Shown: piece by piece, positions 37,384-47,801 of the stretch
Layout: each line of letters begins with the position of its first letter
Numbering within the stretch: position 1 is the stretch's first letter
Source: an uncultured Actinomycetota bacterium
GTDB taxonomy: Bacteria; Actinomycetota; UBA4738; HRBIN12
NCBI GenBank assembly: GCA_963788925.1
Contig: CAWBIH010000002.1
Coordinates: 218,568 to 282,567, forward strand
Length of the DNA stretch: 64,000 nucleotides
Direction: 5' to 3'
Program-made: the position numbers and the translations under genes
Notes under the pieces: generated by a model
The model's database searches: none
What the model was told of the DNA's origin: nothing
Seen by the model: only the letters and a program-made list of their open reading frames with translations

Positions 37384-38040
37384 ATGCACGTGATCATCAT
37401 GGGTTGCGGTCGCGTGGGCTCGGAGCTCTCCAATGCGCTCGTCGGAGACCACGACGTCGCCATCATCGACAAGAACCCCGAGGCGTTCCATGCCTACCCA
37501 CCGGGGGACCAGGCGCGTCAGATCGTAGGCCTCGGCTTCGACCGTGACGTCCTTGAGGACGCAGGGATCAAGGACGCGGACGGATTCGTCGCGGTCTCGA
37601 GCGGGGACAACTCGAACATCGTCTCGGCTCGCGTCGCGCTCGAGTACTACCACGTGCCTCGCGTCATCGCCCGGATCTACGACTCGCGGCGAGCGGAGAT
37701 CTACGAGCGCCTCAACATCCCGACGGTCGCGACCACGCGATGGGGCGTGAAGCAGATCCAGCTGATGTTGTTCCACGACCGCGAGGAGATCCGCGAGACC
37801 CTCGGAGGCGGCGATCTCCTCCGCCTCCGGGTCCCCGTGCCCGAGCACCTCGCCGGCGAACCCGTGTCCTCCCTCGAGATCGAGGGCAAGGTCCGCGTGG
37901 CGGGGATCTCGCGCGGTGGCGGCGGGTTCATCCCGACGGGGTCGTCGACGCTCCAAGCGGGCGACTACCTCATCTTGATGATCGCCAAGGAAGGTCTCGA
38001 CCTCGTCGACGAGCTCCTGGGCGAGGAGCATCCCGCATGA
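37384..38040 (+). CDS. trkA: TrkA-family potassium uptake regulatory protein (RCK: TrkA-N plus TrkA-C)
   Basis: ATG start at 37384 (MHVIIMGCGRVGSEL, Rossmann GxGxxG). The 74-aa N-terminal extension in the track ORF is Pro/Arg-rich junk. CeoB-like. Confidence 0.85.
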   Translation: MHVIIMGCGRVGSELSNALVGDHDVAIIDKNPEAFHAYPPGDQARQIVGLGFDRDVLEDAGIKDADGFVAVSSGDNSNIVSARVALEYYHVPRVIARIYDSRRAEIYERLNIPTVATTRWGVKQIQLMLFHDREEIRETLGGGDLLRLRVPVPEHLAGEPVSSLEIEGKVRVAGISRGGGGFIPTGSSTLQAGDYLILMIAKEGLDLVDELLGEEHPA

Positions 38041-38783
38041 AGGTCGTCGTGACCGGCGGCGGAGCGGTGGGACGGCACCTCGCACAGGATCTCACCGAGC
38101 GAGGGCACGACGTCACCCTCGTCGAGCAACGCCGGGATCTGGCGGAGAAGCTCGAGAACTGGGCCCCCGATACCCACGTGGTGTACGGCGACGCGTGCGA
38201 GCCTCGGATCCTCGAGAAGGCCGACGTGCGATCTGCCGACGTGGTCGTTGCCGCGACCGGCGACGACGAGGACAACCTCGTCACCTCCCTGCTCGCCAAG
38301 CAGGAATTCGGCGTGCCGAGGGTGCTCGCGCGGGTCAACCACCCCAAGAACGAGTGGCTCTTCGACGAGCAGTGGGGGGTGGACGCCTCGGTGTCGCCGC
38401 CGCACATCCTGACGGCGATGGTCGAAGAGGCCGTCACGGTCGGCGACCTCGTTCGCCTCCTCCGTCTGGAAGGTGGGAAGGTCGCGTTGGTCGAGATGCG
38501 CCTGCCCGAGCAGTCACCGAACGCGGGGAAGGCGCTCTACGAGCTCCGGCTGCCGCCCGACACGACCCTCGTCGCGATCCTCCGCGAAGGACACGTGATG
38601 ATCCCGCAGCCGGAGACGACCCTCGCAGCGGGGGACGAGATCGTGGCGCTCGCCAGCGTCGCCTCGGAACGGGCGCTCCGCGACACCGTGATGGGCACGA
38701 CGGGCGACACGCCTGCCAACGGGCCGCAGGGAGCGCCGAAGAGCGCGGACGAGACCGAGCCCGACGGCTCCGCAGGCGCCTGA
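38037..38783 (+). CDS. trkA: second TrkA-family RCK protein (CeoC-like)
   Basis: MKVVVTGGGAVGRHL. The ATGA start/stop overlap with the previous gene indicates translational coupling. Confidence 0.85.
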   Translation: MKVVVTGGGAVGRHLAQDLTERGHDVTLVEQRRDLAEKLENWAPDTHVVYGDACEPRILEKADVRSADVVVAATGDDEDNLVTSLLAKQEFGVPRVLARVNHPKNEWLFDEQWGVDASVSPPHILTAMVEEAVTVGDLVRLLRLEGGKVALVEMRLPEQSPNAGKALYELRLPPDTTLVAILREGHVMIPQPETTLAAGDEIVALASVASERALRDTVMGTTGDTPANGPQGAPKSADETEPDGSAGA

Positions 38784-38787
38784 GCGC

Positions 38788-39147
38788 CTAGCCGGCGAAC
38801 TCCAGCCGGGGGTTCACCATCCGGGTCTCCCCGTGATGCGCCCCGAGGACACCCTCCACCACGACGCGCCTTCCCAACGAGAGACCGCCGATCCCTCGTC
38901 GACCCATGAACACGGCCGTCACCTCCCCGGTGCCGTCGGAGATCAGCGCTTGGAGCGCCTCCTTCCCCTCCATCGGCAGAACGGTGATGCGCCGGATCAC
39001 GCCCGCGATCCGCACCGGCTGCCGGAGCGGCGCATCCGCGATCCTGACCGACCCCTCGACCGTGTCGGCCCAGGCACGCGTCTCCTCGGCGAGACGTGTT
39101 TCATCGCTCTCGTTCAGGCGCTCGAGGAGTCGATGGACGAAGCCCAC
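38788..39147 (-). CDS. small OB-fold-like conserved actinobacterial protein, unknown function
   Basis: 119 aa, soluble. The assignment is weak. Confidence 0.4.
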   Translation of the reverse strand: MGFVHRLLERLNESDETRLAEETRAWADTVEGSVRIADAPLRQPVRIAGVIRRITVLPMEGKEALQALISDGTGEVTAVFMGRRGIGGLSLGRRVVVEGVLGAHHGETRMVNPRLEFAG

Positions 39148-39153
39148 GACGGC

Positions 39154-41415
39154 TTACGAGGGCGCTCCCGCCGCATCCATCTCTTGGATCTCGGTCCCGA
39201 GCTCCGACTTCCGTGATTTCGAGATCCAGATCATCGACGCCAGCACGATCGCGGCGATCGCCACGACGGCCACACGGATCGCGGTGTCGTCCGTGTGGGT
39301 GACCACGATCGGCGCGATCAGGAGGGCGACGAGGTTCATCACCTTGATCAGCGGGTTCAGGGCCGGTCCGGCCGTGTCCTTGAACGGGTCGCCCACCGTG
39401 TCGCCGATCACTGCGGCCGTGTGCGCCTCGCTCCCCTTGCCGCCGTAGTGACCCTCCTCGATGTACTTCTTCGCGTTGTCCCACGCCCCCCCGGCGTTCG
39501 ACAGCATCACCGCGAGGAGCTGGCCCGTGAGGATCGACCCGGCGAGGAACGCGCCGAGCGCCTCGGCGCCCAGGAAGAACCCGGCGATCACCGGGCTCAG
39601 CACCGCGAGCAGCCCGGGGGTCGTCAGCTCGCGGAGCGAGGTGCGGGTGCAGATGTCCACGACCCGGCTGTAATCGGGCTTCTCCGTGTAGTCCATGATC
39701 CCCGGGTGGTCGCGGAACTGGTTGCGAACCTCGACGACCACCTGCATCGCGGCGCGTCCGACGGCGCGGATCGCGAGCGAGGAGAACAGGAACGCGACCG
39801 ATCCTCCGAGGAGGAGCCCAACGAGGACGTTCGGCTCGTCGACCTTGATGCCGTGGAAGTCGAAGCCGGCGGCCTCGAGCGCGACCTCGAACGAGCCGAA
39901 GAGCGAGGTGGCCGCGAGCACCGCCGTCGCGATCGCCATCCCCTTCGTGATCGCCTTCGTGGAGTTCCCGACGGCGTCGAGACCGCCGAGGATCTCGGAG
40001 GCACGGCCATCGAACTCTCCCGACATCTCCGCGATGCCCTGGGCGTTGTCCGAGATCGGCCCGTACGTGTCCATCGAGACCACGACGCCCACCGTGGTGA
40101 GCATCCCCATCCCGGTGAGGGCGATGAAATAGAGCCGCTCCGCGAGCGTGTCGCCCAAGTAGAAGGAACCCATCACGGCGCCGGCGATGATCAGCACCGA
40201 CCACACCGTCGACTCGAGGCCGATCGAGAAGCCGGACAGGATCGTGGTGGCCGGTCCCGTGACCGTGGACTCCGCGATCTCCTGCACGGGCTTGTACTTC
40301 GTGTCGGTGAAGTACTGCGTGAGGATCTGGATCACGCTCGCGAGGAGGAGCCCGATCACCACCGCGGCGGCCGGCTTCCAGTCGTCGAGGTAGACCTGCG
40401 AGATCACGAAGACGGCCGCCGCGGAGATCGCGGCCGACAGGAAGAAACCACGGTTGATCGCCTTCATCCCGTGCTCGGTCTCGCTCCTCGGCGTGACCGC
40501 GAGGATCCCGATGATCGAGGTCACCACGCCCACGGCGCGAACGAACAGCGGGAACATCACACCGATGATCGCGCCGCCCGGGTGGTTCGTGAACGCGGCG
40601 GCGCCGAGGATCAGCGAGGCGACGAGCGTGACCTCGTAGGACTCGAACAGGTCCGCGGCCATCCCCGCGCAGTCGCCGACGTTGTCGCCGACGTTGTCGG
40701 CGATCACGGCGGCGTTGCGCGGATCGTCCTCCGGGATCCCCTGCTCGATCTTGCCCACCAGGTCGGCGCCCACGTCGGCCGCCTTCGTGAAGATGCCGCC
40801 GCCGACCCTCATGAACATCGCGAGCAGCGCGCCACCGAACCCGAACCCGACGAGGACCGAGGTGGCATCGCCCTTGTAGATCAGGAGGATCACGGTCGCC
40901 CCGAGCAGACCGAGACCGACCGTGAACATGCCGGCCACACCTCCGGCCCGGAACGCGATCTTCAGCGCCCGCCGCAGACCCGACTCCCGGGCGGCGTTGG
41001 CGGTCCGGACGTTGGCTCGAACCGCGAGCCACATCCCGGCGTACCCGGTGGTCGCGCTGAACACCGCACCGAGGATGAACGCCAGTGACCGGCCGAGCTT
41101 GATCGAGAGCTCCGAGTGCACCGCGTTCGTCGGCGCGGGCAGGATGAAGAACAGGATGACGGTGAGGATCGCGAGGAAGATGCCGAGCGTCCGGAACTGC
41201 CGCGACAGGTACGCCTTCGCGCCTTCCTGGATCGCGCGTGCGATCTCCTTCATCTTCTCGGTCCCCTCCGAAGCGGCGAGGACCTCTCGAACCAGGTAGT
41301 ACGCGAACGCGAGCGCCACGAGTGAGATGACGAAGATCACCCAGAGATAGGTGGTCTCCTTCGACGTGAAGAGGACCTCGAGCGGCCCGCTCTCTTGAGC
41401 AAGGATGCCGTGCAC
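39154..41415 (-). CDS. hppA: membrane-bound proton/sodium-translocating pyrophosphatase
   Basis: 753 aa, polytopic, with V-PPase motifs ([52 protein letters not shown]). Confidence 0.9.
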   Translation of the reverse strand: MHGILAQESGPLEVLFTSKETTYLWVIFVISLVALAFAYYLVREVLAASEGTEKMKEIARAIQEGAKAYLSRQFRTLGIFLAILTVILFFILPAPTNAVHSELSIKLGRSLAFILGAVFSATTGYAGMWLAVRANVRTANAARESGLRRALKIAFRAGGVAGMFTVGLGLLGATVILLIYKGDATSVLVGFGFGGALLAMFMRVGGGIFTKAADVGADLVGKIEQGIPEDDPRNAAVIADNVGDNVGDCAGMAADLFESYEVTLVASLILGAAAFTNHPGGAIIGVMFPLFVRAVGVVTSIIGILAVTPRSETEHGMKAINRGFFLSAAISAAAVFVISQVYLDDWKPAAAVVIGLLLASVIQILTQYFTDTKYKPVQEIAESTVTGPATTILSGFSIGLESTVWSVLIIAGAVMGSFYLGDTLAERLYFIALTGMGMLTTVGVVVSMDTYGPISDNAQGIAEMSGEFDGRASEILGGLDAVGNSTKAITKGMAIATAVLAATSLFGSFEVALEAAGFDFHGIKVDEPNVLVGLLLGGSVAFLFSSLAIRAVGRAAMQVVVEVRNQFRDHPGIMDYTEKPDYSRVVDICTRTSLRELTTPGLLAVLSPVIAGFFLGAEALGAFLAGSILTGQLLAVMLSNAGGAWDNAKKYIEEGHYGGKGSEAHTAAVIGDTVGDPFKDTAGPALNPLIKVMNLVALLIAPIVVTHTDDTAIRVAVVAIAAIVLASMIWISKSRKSELGTEIQEMDAAGAPS

Positions 41416-41511
41416 GTTGGAACCCTCCCGGAAGTTGAGATGCCCGGCCGCAGCCGGGACGAGCGGGAAGTATACGGGGGGCGTTCACGCCCGAACCACC
41501 GCGCGACAGGC

Positions 41512-42963
41512 TCAGGTTGGCTCCGCGGCAGTGCCGTCCGTCGCCACCCCCGACGCCCGCCCTGCCCACCGCAACAGAAGGAGTGCGAGGACCGCGGAGA
41601 CGACCGAGGCCGCCAGCAACGAGATCTTCACGTGCGCCAGCAGAGGGCTCTCACGACCGAAGGCGACCTCGGCGACGAACAACGAGACCGTGAACCCGGT
41701 GCCGGCCGCCGCCGCCATCCCGGCGAGGTGCACCTGCCGTACGCCGCGCGGCAGGTCGACAAGCCCGAGCCTCGATGCGACGGCGGCGCCGCCCCAGATC
41801 CCGACGATCTTGCCTCCGACCCGCGCTATCAGGACCGCCCAGGCGACGGCACTGCCAGCCGCTGCGGCTATCGAGGAAGCCGACAGAGGAACCCCGACGT
41901 TCGCGAGCGCGAACACCGGCAGGACGACGAAGCTCGTCCACGGGAGCAGGATGTGCTCGACTCGCGTGAGTGGAGAGACCGCCTCGCGTGACAGCTCGGC
42001 CAGCCGGAGCCAATCGCTCGCGTCGGCATCGGGCAGGCGCGGATCGTCCTCGGTCCGCTCGGCGGTGCGATGAGCCTCCTCACTGACGGCGTGCGGTCGC
42101 TGGAAGGGCTCCGACGGCGTCAGGAGCCCGACCACGACCCCGGCGAGCGCGGGATGGAGCCCGGAGCGAAACATCGCGTACCAGAGCACGATCCCGAGGG
42201 TGACGTAAACGGGCGTGGCGCGGATATGGATCTTCGGGAAGACGAAGACGAGGGCGGCCACACCGATGCATGTGGCCAGCCAGCCGACCGCGATCGCACC
42301 GGGATAGAACGCCGCCACGACGATCACCGAACCGATGTCGTCAACGATCGCGATCGCCAGGAGGAGAGGACGGAGGCCGCTAGGCGTCCGCGCGGCCGCG
42401 AGCGCCAGCACGCCCAACGCGAAGGCGACGTCCGTCGCCATCGGGATCCCCCAGCCGCGAGCGCCCGGACCGCTACCGACGAGCGCTGCGAACAGCAGCG
42501 CCGGAACGGCCATCCCGGTCGCAGCTGCGACCACGGGGAGCAGCGCGGCACGCGGGCGACGGAGCTCGCCTGTGGTGAGCTCGCGCTTGATCTCGAGACC
42601 GACGACGAGGAAGAAGAGCGCCATCAGACCTTCGTTGATCCAGAAATGGAGGTCCCCGGCCACCGTGAGTTCCCCGACCCCGACCGAGATCGACGTGGCG
42701 AGGAGCGAGGAGTAGGACCCGTCCCACGGCGAGTTCACCCACACCAGCGCCACGACGACCGCTCCGAGGAGGACCACTCCGCTCGCCGTGGAGGTCTCGA
42801 GGAACTCCTGGAGCGGGCGCAGCAGGCGACGCGGAACCGGTCGGTCGGAGCGTGACCACGGGGCTTTGATCTCGGGATCCTGGCTGGGGCGCGGGGCGTT
42901 CGTGCATGTCGGACCTCGCTCGCCGACCAGTCTTCCCGGCACACCATCCGTGGACGACGGCAT
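41512..42963 (-). CDS. nhaA: Na+/H+ antiporter NhaA
   Basis: NhaA core motifs (LVVGLEIKREL, ATDVAFALGVLAL, IVDDIG). The start codon is uncertain, and the first ~40 aa of the ORF are probably not translated. Confidence 0.8.
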   Translation of the reverse strand: MPSSTDGVPGRLVGERGPTCTNAPRPSQDPEIKAPWSRSDRPVPRRLLRPLQEFLETSTASGVVLLGAVVVALVWVNSPWDGSYSSLLATSISVGVGELTVAGDLHFWINEGLMALFFLVVGLEIKRELTTGELRRPRAALLPVVAAATGMAVPALLFAALVGSGPGARGWGIPMATDVAFALGVLALAAARTPSGLRPLLLAIAIVDDIGSVIVVAAFYPGAIAVGWLATCIGVAALVFVFPKIHIRATPVYVTLGIVLWYAMFRSGLHPALAGVVVGLLTPSEPFQRPHAVSEEAHRTAERTEDDPRLPDADASDWLRLAELSREAVSPLTRVEHILLPWTSFVVLPVFALANVGVPLSASSIAAAAGSAVAWAVLIARVGGKIVGIWGGAAVASRLGLVDLPRGVRQVHLAGMAAAAGTGFTVSLFVAEVAFGRESPLLAHVKISLLAASVVSAVLALLLLRWAGRASGVATDGTAAEPT

Positions 42964-42999
42964 CCTATCCCACCCCGGCTCGACGTCGTCATCGGGTGT

Positions 43000-43750
43000 T
43001 TGGAACGCGGTCGGTCGGCGTGTAGCCTCGGCCCCGCTTTGACAGACCAGCCCTCAGCCGCCGATCCCGAGCGGCGACCCCCCTCCAGACGAGCCAACGA
43101 GGCCGCGCGCCATCGCGCCACCGTCCGATGGCGCGTGGCGATCGCCATCGTCGTGGTCGCCCTCTTGGCGATCGGTGGCTTCCTGCGTGTTCGGCGGAGA
43201 CGTGCCGTTGATCGGCGACGGGCCGACGGGACCGGGTGAGTTCAGTTTCGAACTCAAGAAGGTGGAGGGTTCGGCGACCAGTAAGACGCCGCCCGACAAG
43301 CTGAAGGACACGGTCCGAGAGGCCGGAACCGGGGTCAAGGAGACGATGGATGAGCTCTATCTCCGTGCGTTCGTCGACACCGGCTCCTGGGGCGACTACG
43401 GCGCCGCCTTCGAGCTCTTCGACGCGGAGACGAAGGTCCGCGCCGAAGCGGATGTCGACGTCCTCACCCTCGGCGCCTCCGCGAACGACGACTTCCAAGC
43501 TCTGAGCGCTCCCAGCGGCACGCTCGGGATCGCCGTCCTGACGGACAAGAAGGACGCCCCGATGACGGCCATCGCCGAGGTCCAGTTCCTGGCGAACGCC
43601 CGGCGCACGGACGGCACCTCGGTCGAGATCTCGAGCGTCGGATCGTTCTTCCTGCGACAGGTCGGCGGGACCTGGACGATCTTCGCCTACCGCGTGGATC
43701 GCGACGATCAGGCGGCCGAGGAACCGAGCGCGACGGGGTCGCCGTCATGA
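43000..43750 (+). CDS. membrane-anchored (single N-terminal TM) extracytoplasmic protein, paralogue A1 of an LCP-associated partner, with a frame break near 43190-43200 and an uncertain start
   Basis: TM helix VAIAIVVVALLAIGGFL in ORF 43000..43239, then the domain in ORF 43175..43750. Its C-terminal motif (FFLRQVGGTWTIFAYRVDRDD) matches the paralogue at 44686. Confidence 0.5.
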
Positions 43751-44682
43751 TGCGTCGCAAGATGGTCGCGGCTCTCGCGTCGCTCGCGGCGGGCGTCGCG
43801 GGACTCGGCGTCGCGACGCTCCAGGCGACGCCCGCCGCGAGCGTCCCCCTGCTGCAGATCGGGAAGGCGCACGCGGAGTTCGCTCCCGCGCTGGAGGGCA
43901 ACCGTCCGATCTTCATCCTGATCCTGGGCAGCGACTCGCGACCCGGAACGCCACTGGAACGAGGGCTCTGCGACTCGATCCACATCTTGGGGATCAACCC
44001 CAAGGCGAAGCGCGCGACGCTGCTCGGGATCCCACGTGACTCCTACGTGCCGATCGCGACCGGCGGCACGAACAAGATCAACAGCGCCCTCGCCCAGGGA
44101 GGGGCACAGGGGATGATCGACACGGTCGAGGATCTCACCGGCGTGAGGCTCGACTACTACGTGATCACCGGCTTCGACGGGACGAAGAGGATCTTCGATG
44201 CGCTGGGCGGTCTCAAGGTGAACGCTCCGTACTCGTTCGAAGGACACGAGGGGACCCCGTTCAAGGAAGGAAGGCAGACGCTCACCGGTGCGCAGGCGTT
44301 GGAGTTCGCGCGGACGCGCAAGTCTCTCTCCCAGGGCGACTTCGACCGGTCGATGAACCAGGGGCGACTCCTCCTCGCGTCGTTCTCCCAGTTCTTGACG
44401 GAGTTCCGGAAGGATCCGACCGAGCTGTTCCACTGGATCGCGGTGGGGATGCGCAACGTCGCCACCGATGTGCCGCTGAAGGAGCTGCTCACCCTCGCGT
44501 TCACGTCCTCGGAGATCGGTCCCAAGCGGGTCACGAACCTCGTCGCCGTCGGGAGCATCGGGACGGCGGGGGGAGCCAGCATCGTCAACCTCCCCTCACC
44601 GAACCCTGTGTTCCAGGATGTGGCCGCGGACGGGTACGTCTTGCCCAAGGACATCCCGGCCGAGAACGCGCCCTCCGGATAG
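43747..44682 (+). CDS. LytR-CpsA-Psr (LCP) family cell-wall glycopolymer phosphotransferase
   Basis: Signal/anchor sequence then LCP motifs (ILILGSDSR, DSIHIL, INSA, RTRK). ATGA start/stop overlap with the upstream gene. Confidence 0.85.
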   Translation: MMRRKMVAALASLAAGVAGLGVATLQATPAASVPLLQIGKAHAEFAPALEGNRPIFILILGSDSRPGTPLERGLCDSIHILGINPKAKRATLLGIPRDSYVPIATGGTNKINSALAQGGAQGMIDTVEDLTGVRLDYYVITGFDGTKRIFDALGGLKVNAPYSFEGHEGTPFKEGRQTLTGAQALEFARTRKSLSQGDFDRSMNQGRLLLASFSQFLTEFRKDPTELFHWIAVGMRNVATDVPLKELLTLAFTSSEIGPKRVTNLVAVGSIGTAGGASIVNLPSPNPVFQDVAADGYVLPKDIPAENAPSG

Positions 44683-44685
44683 ACC

Positions 44686-45363
44686 TTGGCGAACGAGCGC
44701 ACGTCCTCTCGGACTCCTCGCCGGATGCTCCTCATCGGCGTCGGACTCGTCGCGGTGCTGGCGATCGGCGCGATCGCGCTTCTCCTGCGGGACGACGATG
44801 CGCCCGTGAGAGCGGGGCAAGGGGCGACCACGCCGAGTGAGGGCGACGTGGCCGCTCCGGCGACTCCCGCGTTCCGGTTCGCGAAGCCGACGCGCAAGCT
44901 CGTCCGCACCTCGCCGGGAAACATCAAGCGGCGCCAGCGGGAAGCGAGCAACCGCGCCGCGAAGGCGGCCACCGCCATCATCACCGACTTCTATGAGGAA
45001 GGGTTCCTCGATCCCGCGAACTGGCAACAGGGCTCCTACACGGACGTGTTCGGAGACTTCGCGGGCGGTGCGCGGGAGCAAGCGGAGACGCGCCTGGGCC
45101 TGCTCACCGCCGGGCCTGGCGCCGGCGACCGATACGAACAGATCCTGCCGGTGTCCGGACGCCTCTTCACGCGGATCCTGCTGGATCGCGCCGGGAAGCC
45201 CGCGCTCCTGTGGAGCGCCGTGCGGTTCTCCGCAGCGGCTCTGGGACCCGAACCCGTCACGCTGCGTTCCACCGCACAGTTCTTCTTCGAACGCATCGGC
45301 GGGTCGTGGAAGATCGTGTCCTTCCACGTGAAGCGGAGCGACGTCCCTCGGGAGGCGGCGTGA
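44686..45363 (+). CDS. membrane-anchored extracytoplasmic protein, paralogue A2
   Basis: N-terminal TM helix (MLLIGVGLVAVLAIGAIALLL). C-terminal motif FFFERIGGSWKIVSFHVKRSD is shared with A1. Confidence 0.55.
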   Translation: MANERTSSRTPRRMLLIGVGLVAVLAIGAIALLLRDDDAPVRAGQGATTPSEGDVAAPATPAFRFAKPTRKLVRTSPGNIKRRQREASNRAAKAATAIITDFYEEGFLDPANWQQGSYTDVFGDFAGGAREQAETRLGLLTAGPGAGDRYEQILPVSGRLFTRILLDRAGKPALLWSAVRFSAAALGPEPVTLRSTAQFFFERIGGSWKIVSFHVKRSDVPREAA

Positions 45364-46307
45364 GCCGCAGGGTCCTCGTCGTCGCCACACTGTTGATCTC
45401 ATGGGCGGCCGGCTCCACGTTCGGCTCGATCGCCGAGCTCCCGGCCGCGAACGCGCGGACCGCGGGCGTCGTGATCGGCAAGGCCCACGGCGGCTACACC
45501 CCCGAGCCGACCGGCCGGCGGACCATCACGATCCTCGCCGTCGGCTCGGACGCCCGACCCGGGCAGAACCCACTCCGCTCTCGCGCGGACTCGATCCACG
45601 TGATCTTCCTCCAGCCTCGGAAAGGGCAGGCCGTCATCGTCGGCATCCCTCGCGACTCGTGGGTCTCGATCCCGGGACTGGGCACCAACAAGATCAACGC
45701 CGCGATGGGGAGCGGCGGACCGGCAAGGCTGGTGCAGACGATCGAACGCAACTTCGGCGCCCGGATCGACTACTGGGCCGTCACGACGTTCTGGGGGATC
45801 ACTCGGATGGTGAATCAGGTGGGCGGGCTGCAGGTACGGATCCCGTTCGAGATGCACGACCCCTATTCGGGCTCCAACTTCCATCGGGGTCTCAAGAGGC
45901 TCCGCGGCAGCCAGGTGCTCTCGTTCGCGCGCGACCGACACAGCGTGGCGGGCGGGGATTTCGGCCGACAGGAGAACGGCGGGCGGGTCTTCGAATCAGC
46001 CCTCGTCCAGTTCCAGAAGGAGTACCGGAGGGATCCGAGCCGGCTTCTCACGTGGATGGCGGCAGGCGTGCGGAACGTGGACACGCAACTCTCGGTGGAC
46101 CAGCTCGTGCGGCTCGCGTTCACCGCGAGCCACCTCCGCCCGGCTCGCATCAGGAACGTGGTCCTGCCCGGAGGCACGGGGTCCATCGGCGGCCTCTCGG
46201 TGGTCACGCTCTCGATGTCTGCGGCCAGGGCGATCTTCTCCGACGCGAAGACCGACGGCGCGCTGCGGCCCGGGAACGTCCCCCGAAGTCCGACCGGCAC
46301 CGGGTGA
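45360..46307 (+). CDS. LCP family protein, second copy
   Basis: GTG start overlaps the upstream stop (GTGA). LCP motifs present (ILAVGSDAR, DSIHVIF, INAA, FARDRH). Confidence 0.85.
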   Translation: MSRRVLVVATLLISWAAGSTFGSIAELPAANARTAGVVIGKAHGGYTPEPTGRRTITILAVGSDARPGQNPLRSRADSIHVIFLQPRKGQAVIVGIPRDSWVSIPGLGTNKINAAMGSGGPARLVQTIERNFGARIDYWAVTTFWGITRMVNQVGGLQVRIPFEMHDPYSGSNFHRGLKRLRGSQVLSFARDRHSVAGGDFGRQENGGRVFESALVQFQKEYRRDPSRLLTWMAAGVRNVDTQLSVDQLVRLAFTASHLRPARIRNVVLPGGTGSIGGLSVVTLSMSAARAIFSDAKTDGALRPGNVPRSPTGTG

Positions 46308-46363
46308 GGCGACGCCCGTGAGGCGATGCCCGTAGCCGCCACGAACAGCCCGTCGGAGGGCCG

Positions 46364-47794
46364 GTGATACGCTCGCCCGGAAGCAGCGAACCACCTCCCG
46401 ACGACCTGCACCCGGTGACCGTGCACGAAGATCTGATCGACATACACCCCGGCCGCCAGCGCGCAGCGCTGGCGGCCGCCGCGCTCGCCACGGTCCCGGC
46501 CTTCCTCCTGCGCTTCGCGGGACTCGATACCTCGCACGCGCTGGCGGCGGCGCTGTTCGGTCTCGCGATCGTGGGCGCCGCCTTCGCGATCTCCTGGGCC
46601 GCGGAGACCGCACAGCTCGATATCTCCGCCGGTCTCGCGATCGCGGTCCTCGCGCTGATCGCCGTGCTCCCCGAATACGCGGTCGACTTCGTCTTCACGT
46701 CCCAAGGTGGGAACTCCTTCCAGCAGGATCCGAGTTGTCCCCCCTTGGTCGGTGGCGGACGCGAATCACCCTGTGACCTCGCCCTGGCCAACATGACCGG
46801 GGCCAACCGGTTGCTGATCGGGTTGGGCTGGTCGATGGTGGTCTTCATCGCGTGGTACCGGCTGCGAAGGGCGGACGAGATGCCACCCGGGCGCTGGGAG
46901 GGGATCGAGCTCACGCGGGATCACTCGATCGAGCTCGGCTTCCTGTGGGTGGCGACGCTCTACTCGCTCACCTTGCCCCTCAAAGGATCGATCACGTTGA
47001 TCGACACGCTGGTTCTCGTCGGACTGTTCGCCGGCTACACCTGGCGGGTCTCGAGAGCGCCGGCCGAGCAGCCCCATCTCGTCGGTCCCGCGAGGTACCT
47101 GGGTTCGTTCCCGGTCGCCGCACGCCGGGCGTCCGTGATCGGGCTGTTCGCGGGGTCCGGCACGGTGATCTGGCTCTTCGCACACCCGTTCGCCGAGGCA
47201 TTGGTCGAGACCGGCCAGCAGCTCCAGATCAGCGAGTTCCTCCTGGTCCAGTGGCTCGCCCCGCTCGCATCAGAGGCCCCCGAGCTCCTCGTCGCCGGCC
47301 TGTTCGCGTGGCGTCTCAACACCAACTCCGCCCTCGGGACACTCGTCTCCTCGAAGGTGAACCAGTGGACGCTCCTCGTCGGCACGCTCCCGATCGTCTT
47401 CGCGATCTCCAGCGCGTCGAGCCACGGACTGCCGATCAGCGACGTGCAACGTGAGGAGCTCTTCCTGACGGCGGCGCAGTCCTTCTTCGCCGTCGCGATC
47501 ATGTCGAACCTCTCGCTGTCGCTTCGCGAGGCGGGGTACCTGTTCGGGCTCTTCTGGGCGCAGTTCATCGTCGGCGCCCTGGTCCCCGAATCGGCGCACG
47601 GCATCGAGCGGGTCGCGGTCGGCATCCTCTATCTGATCCTCGGCGTCGCGATCATGGCGCGCGACCGGCGACGGATCCCGCACCTCCTGCGTGACGCCTT
47701 CGTCGTCTCGTACGCGGAGCTCTCGGGGAAGCGATTGCAGGACGCGCTCGGAGAAGCCGAAGAGGATCGCCCATCGCCGCCGCACGTCGACTAG
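46364..47794 (+). CDS. CaCA-family cation/Ca2+ antiporter-like membrane protein
   Basis: Polytopic, with two alpha-repeat-like motifs (VLPEYAVDFVF; SEAPELLVAG...GTLVSSKVNQ). Confidence 0.6.
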   Translation: MIRSPGSSEPPPDDLHPVTVHEDLIDIHPGRQRAALAAAALATVPAFLLRFAGLDTSHALAAALFGLAIVGAAFAISWAAETAQLDISAGLAIAVLALIAVLPEYAVDFVFTSQGGNSFQQDPSCPPLVGGGRESPCDLALANMTGANRLLIGLGWSMVVFIAWYRLRRADEMPPGRWEGIELTRDHSIELGFLWVATLYSLTLPLKGSITLIDTLVLVGLFAGYTWRVSRAPAEQPHLVGPARYLGSFPVAARRASVIGLFAGSGTVIWLFAHPFAEALVETGQQLQISEFLLVQWLAPLASEAPELLVAGLFAWRLNTNSALGTLVSSKVNQWTLLVGTLPIVFAISSASSHGLPISDVQREELFLTAAQSFFAVAIMSNLSLSLREAGYLFGLFWAQFIVGALVPESAHGIERVAVGILYLILGVAIMARDRRRIPHLLRDAFVVSYAELSGKRLQDALGEAEEDRPSPPHVD

Positions 47795-47801
47795 CGCACC
47801 G

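Noticed and set aside
41416-41511. Hairpins (CCCGGCCGCAGCCGGG; GGGCGTTCACGCCC) between nhaA and hppA as intrinsic terminators
   Set aside because: Stems are present but no U-tract follows on the transcribed strand. High-GC terminators are hard to call by eye, so this is not reported as a feature.
39101-41569. Very long ORFs opposite or overlapping hppA (822 aa minus in another frame, 597 aa plus)
   Set aside because: Arg/Gly/Asp-rich low-complexity translations typical of antisense reading in 70% GC DNA. hppA in its own frame has a complete, recognisable domain structure.
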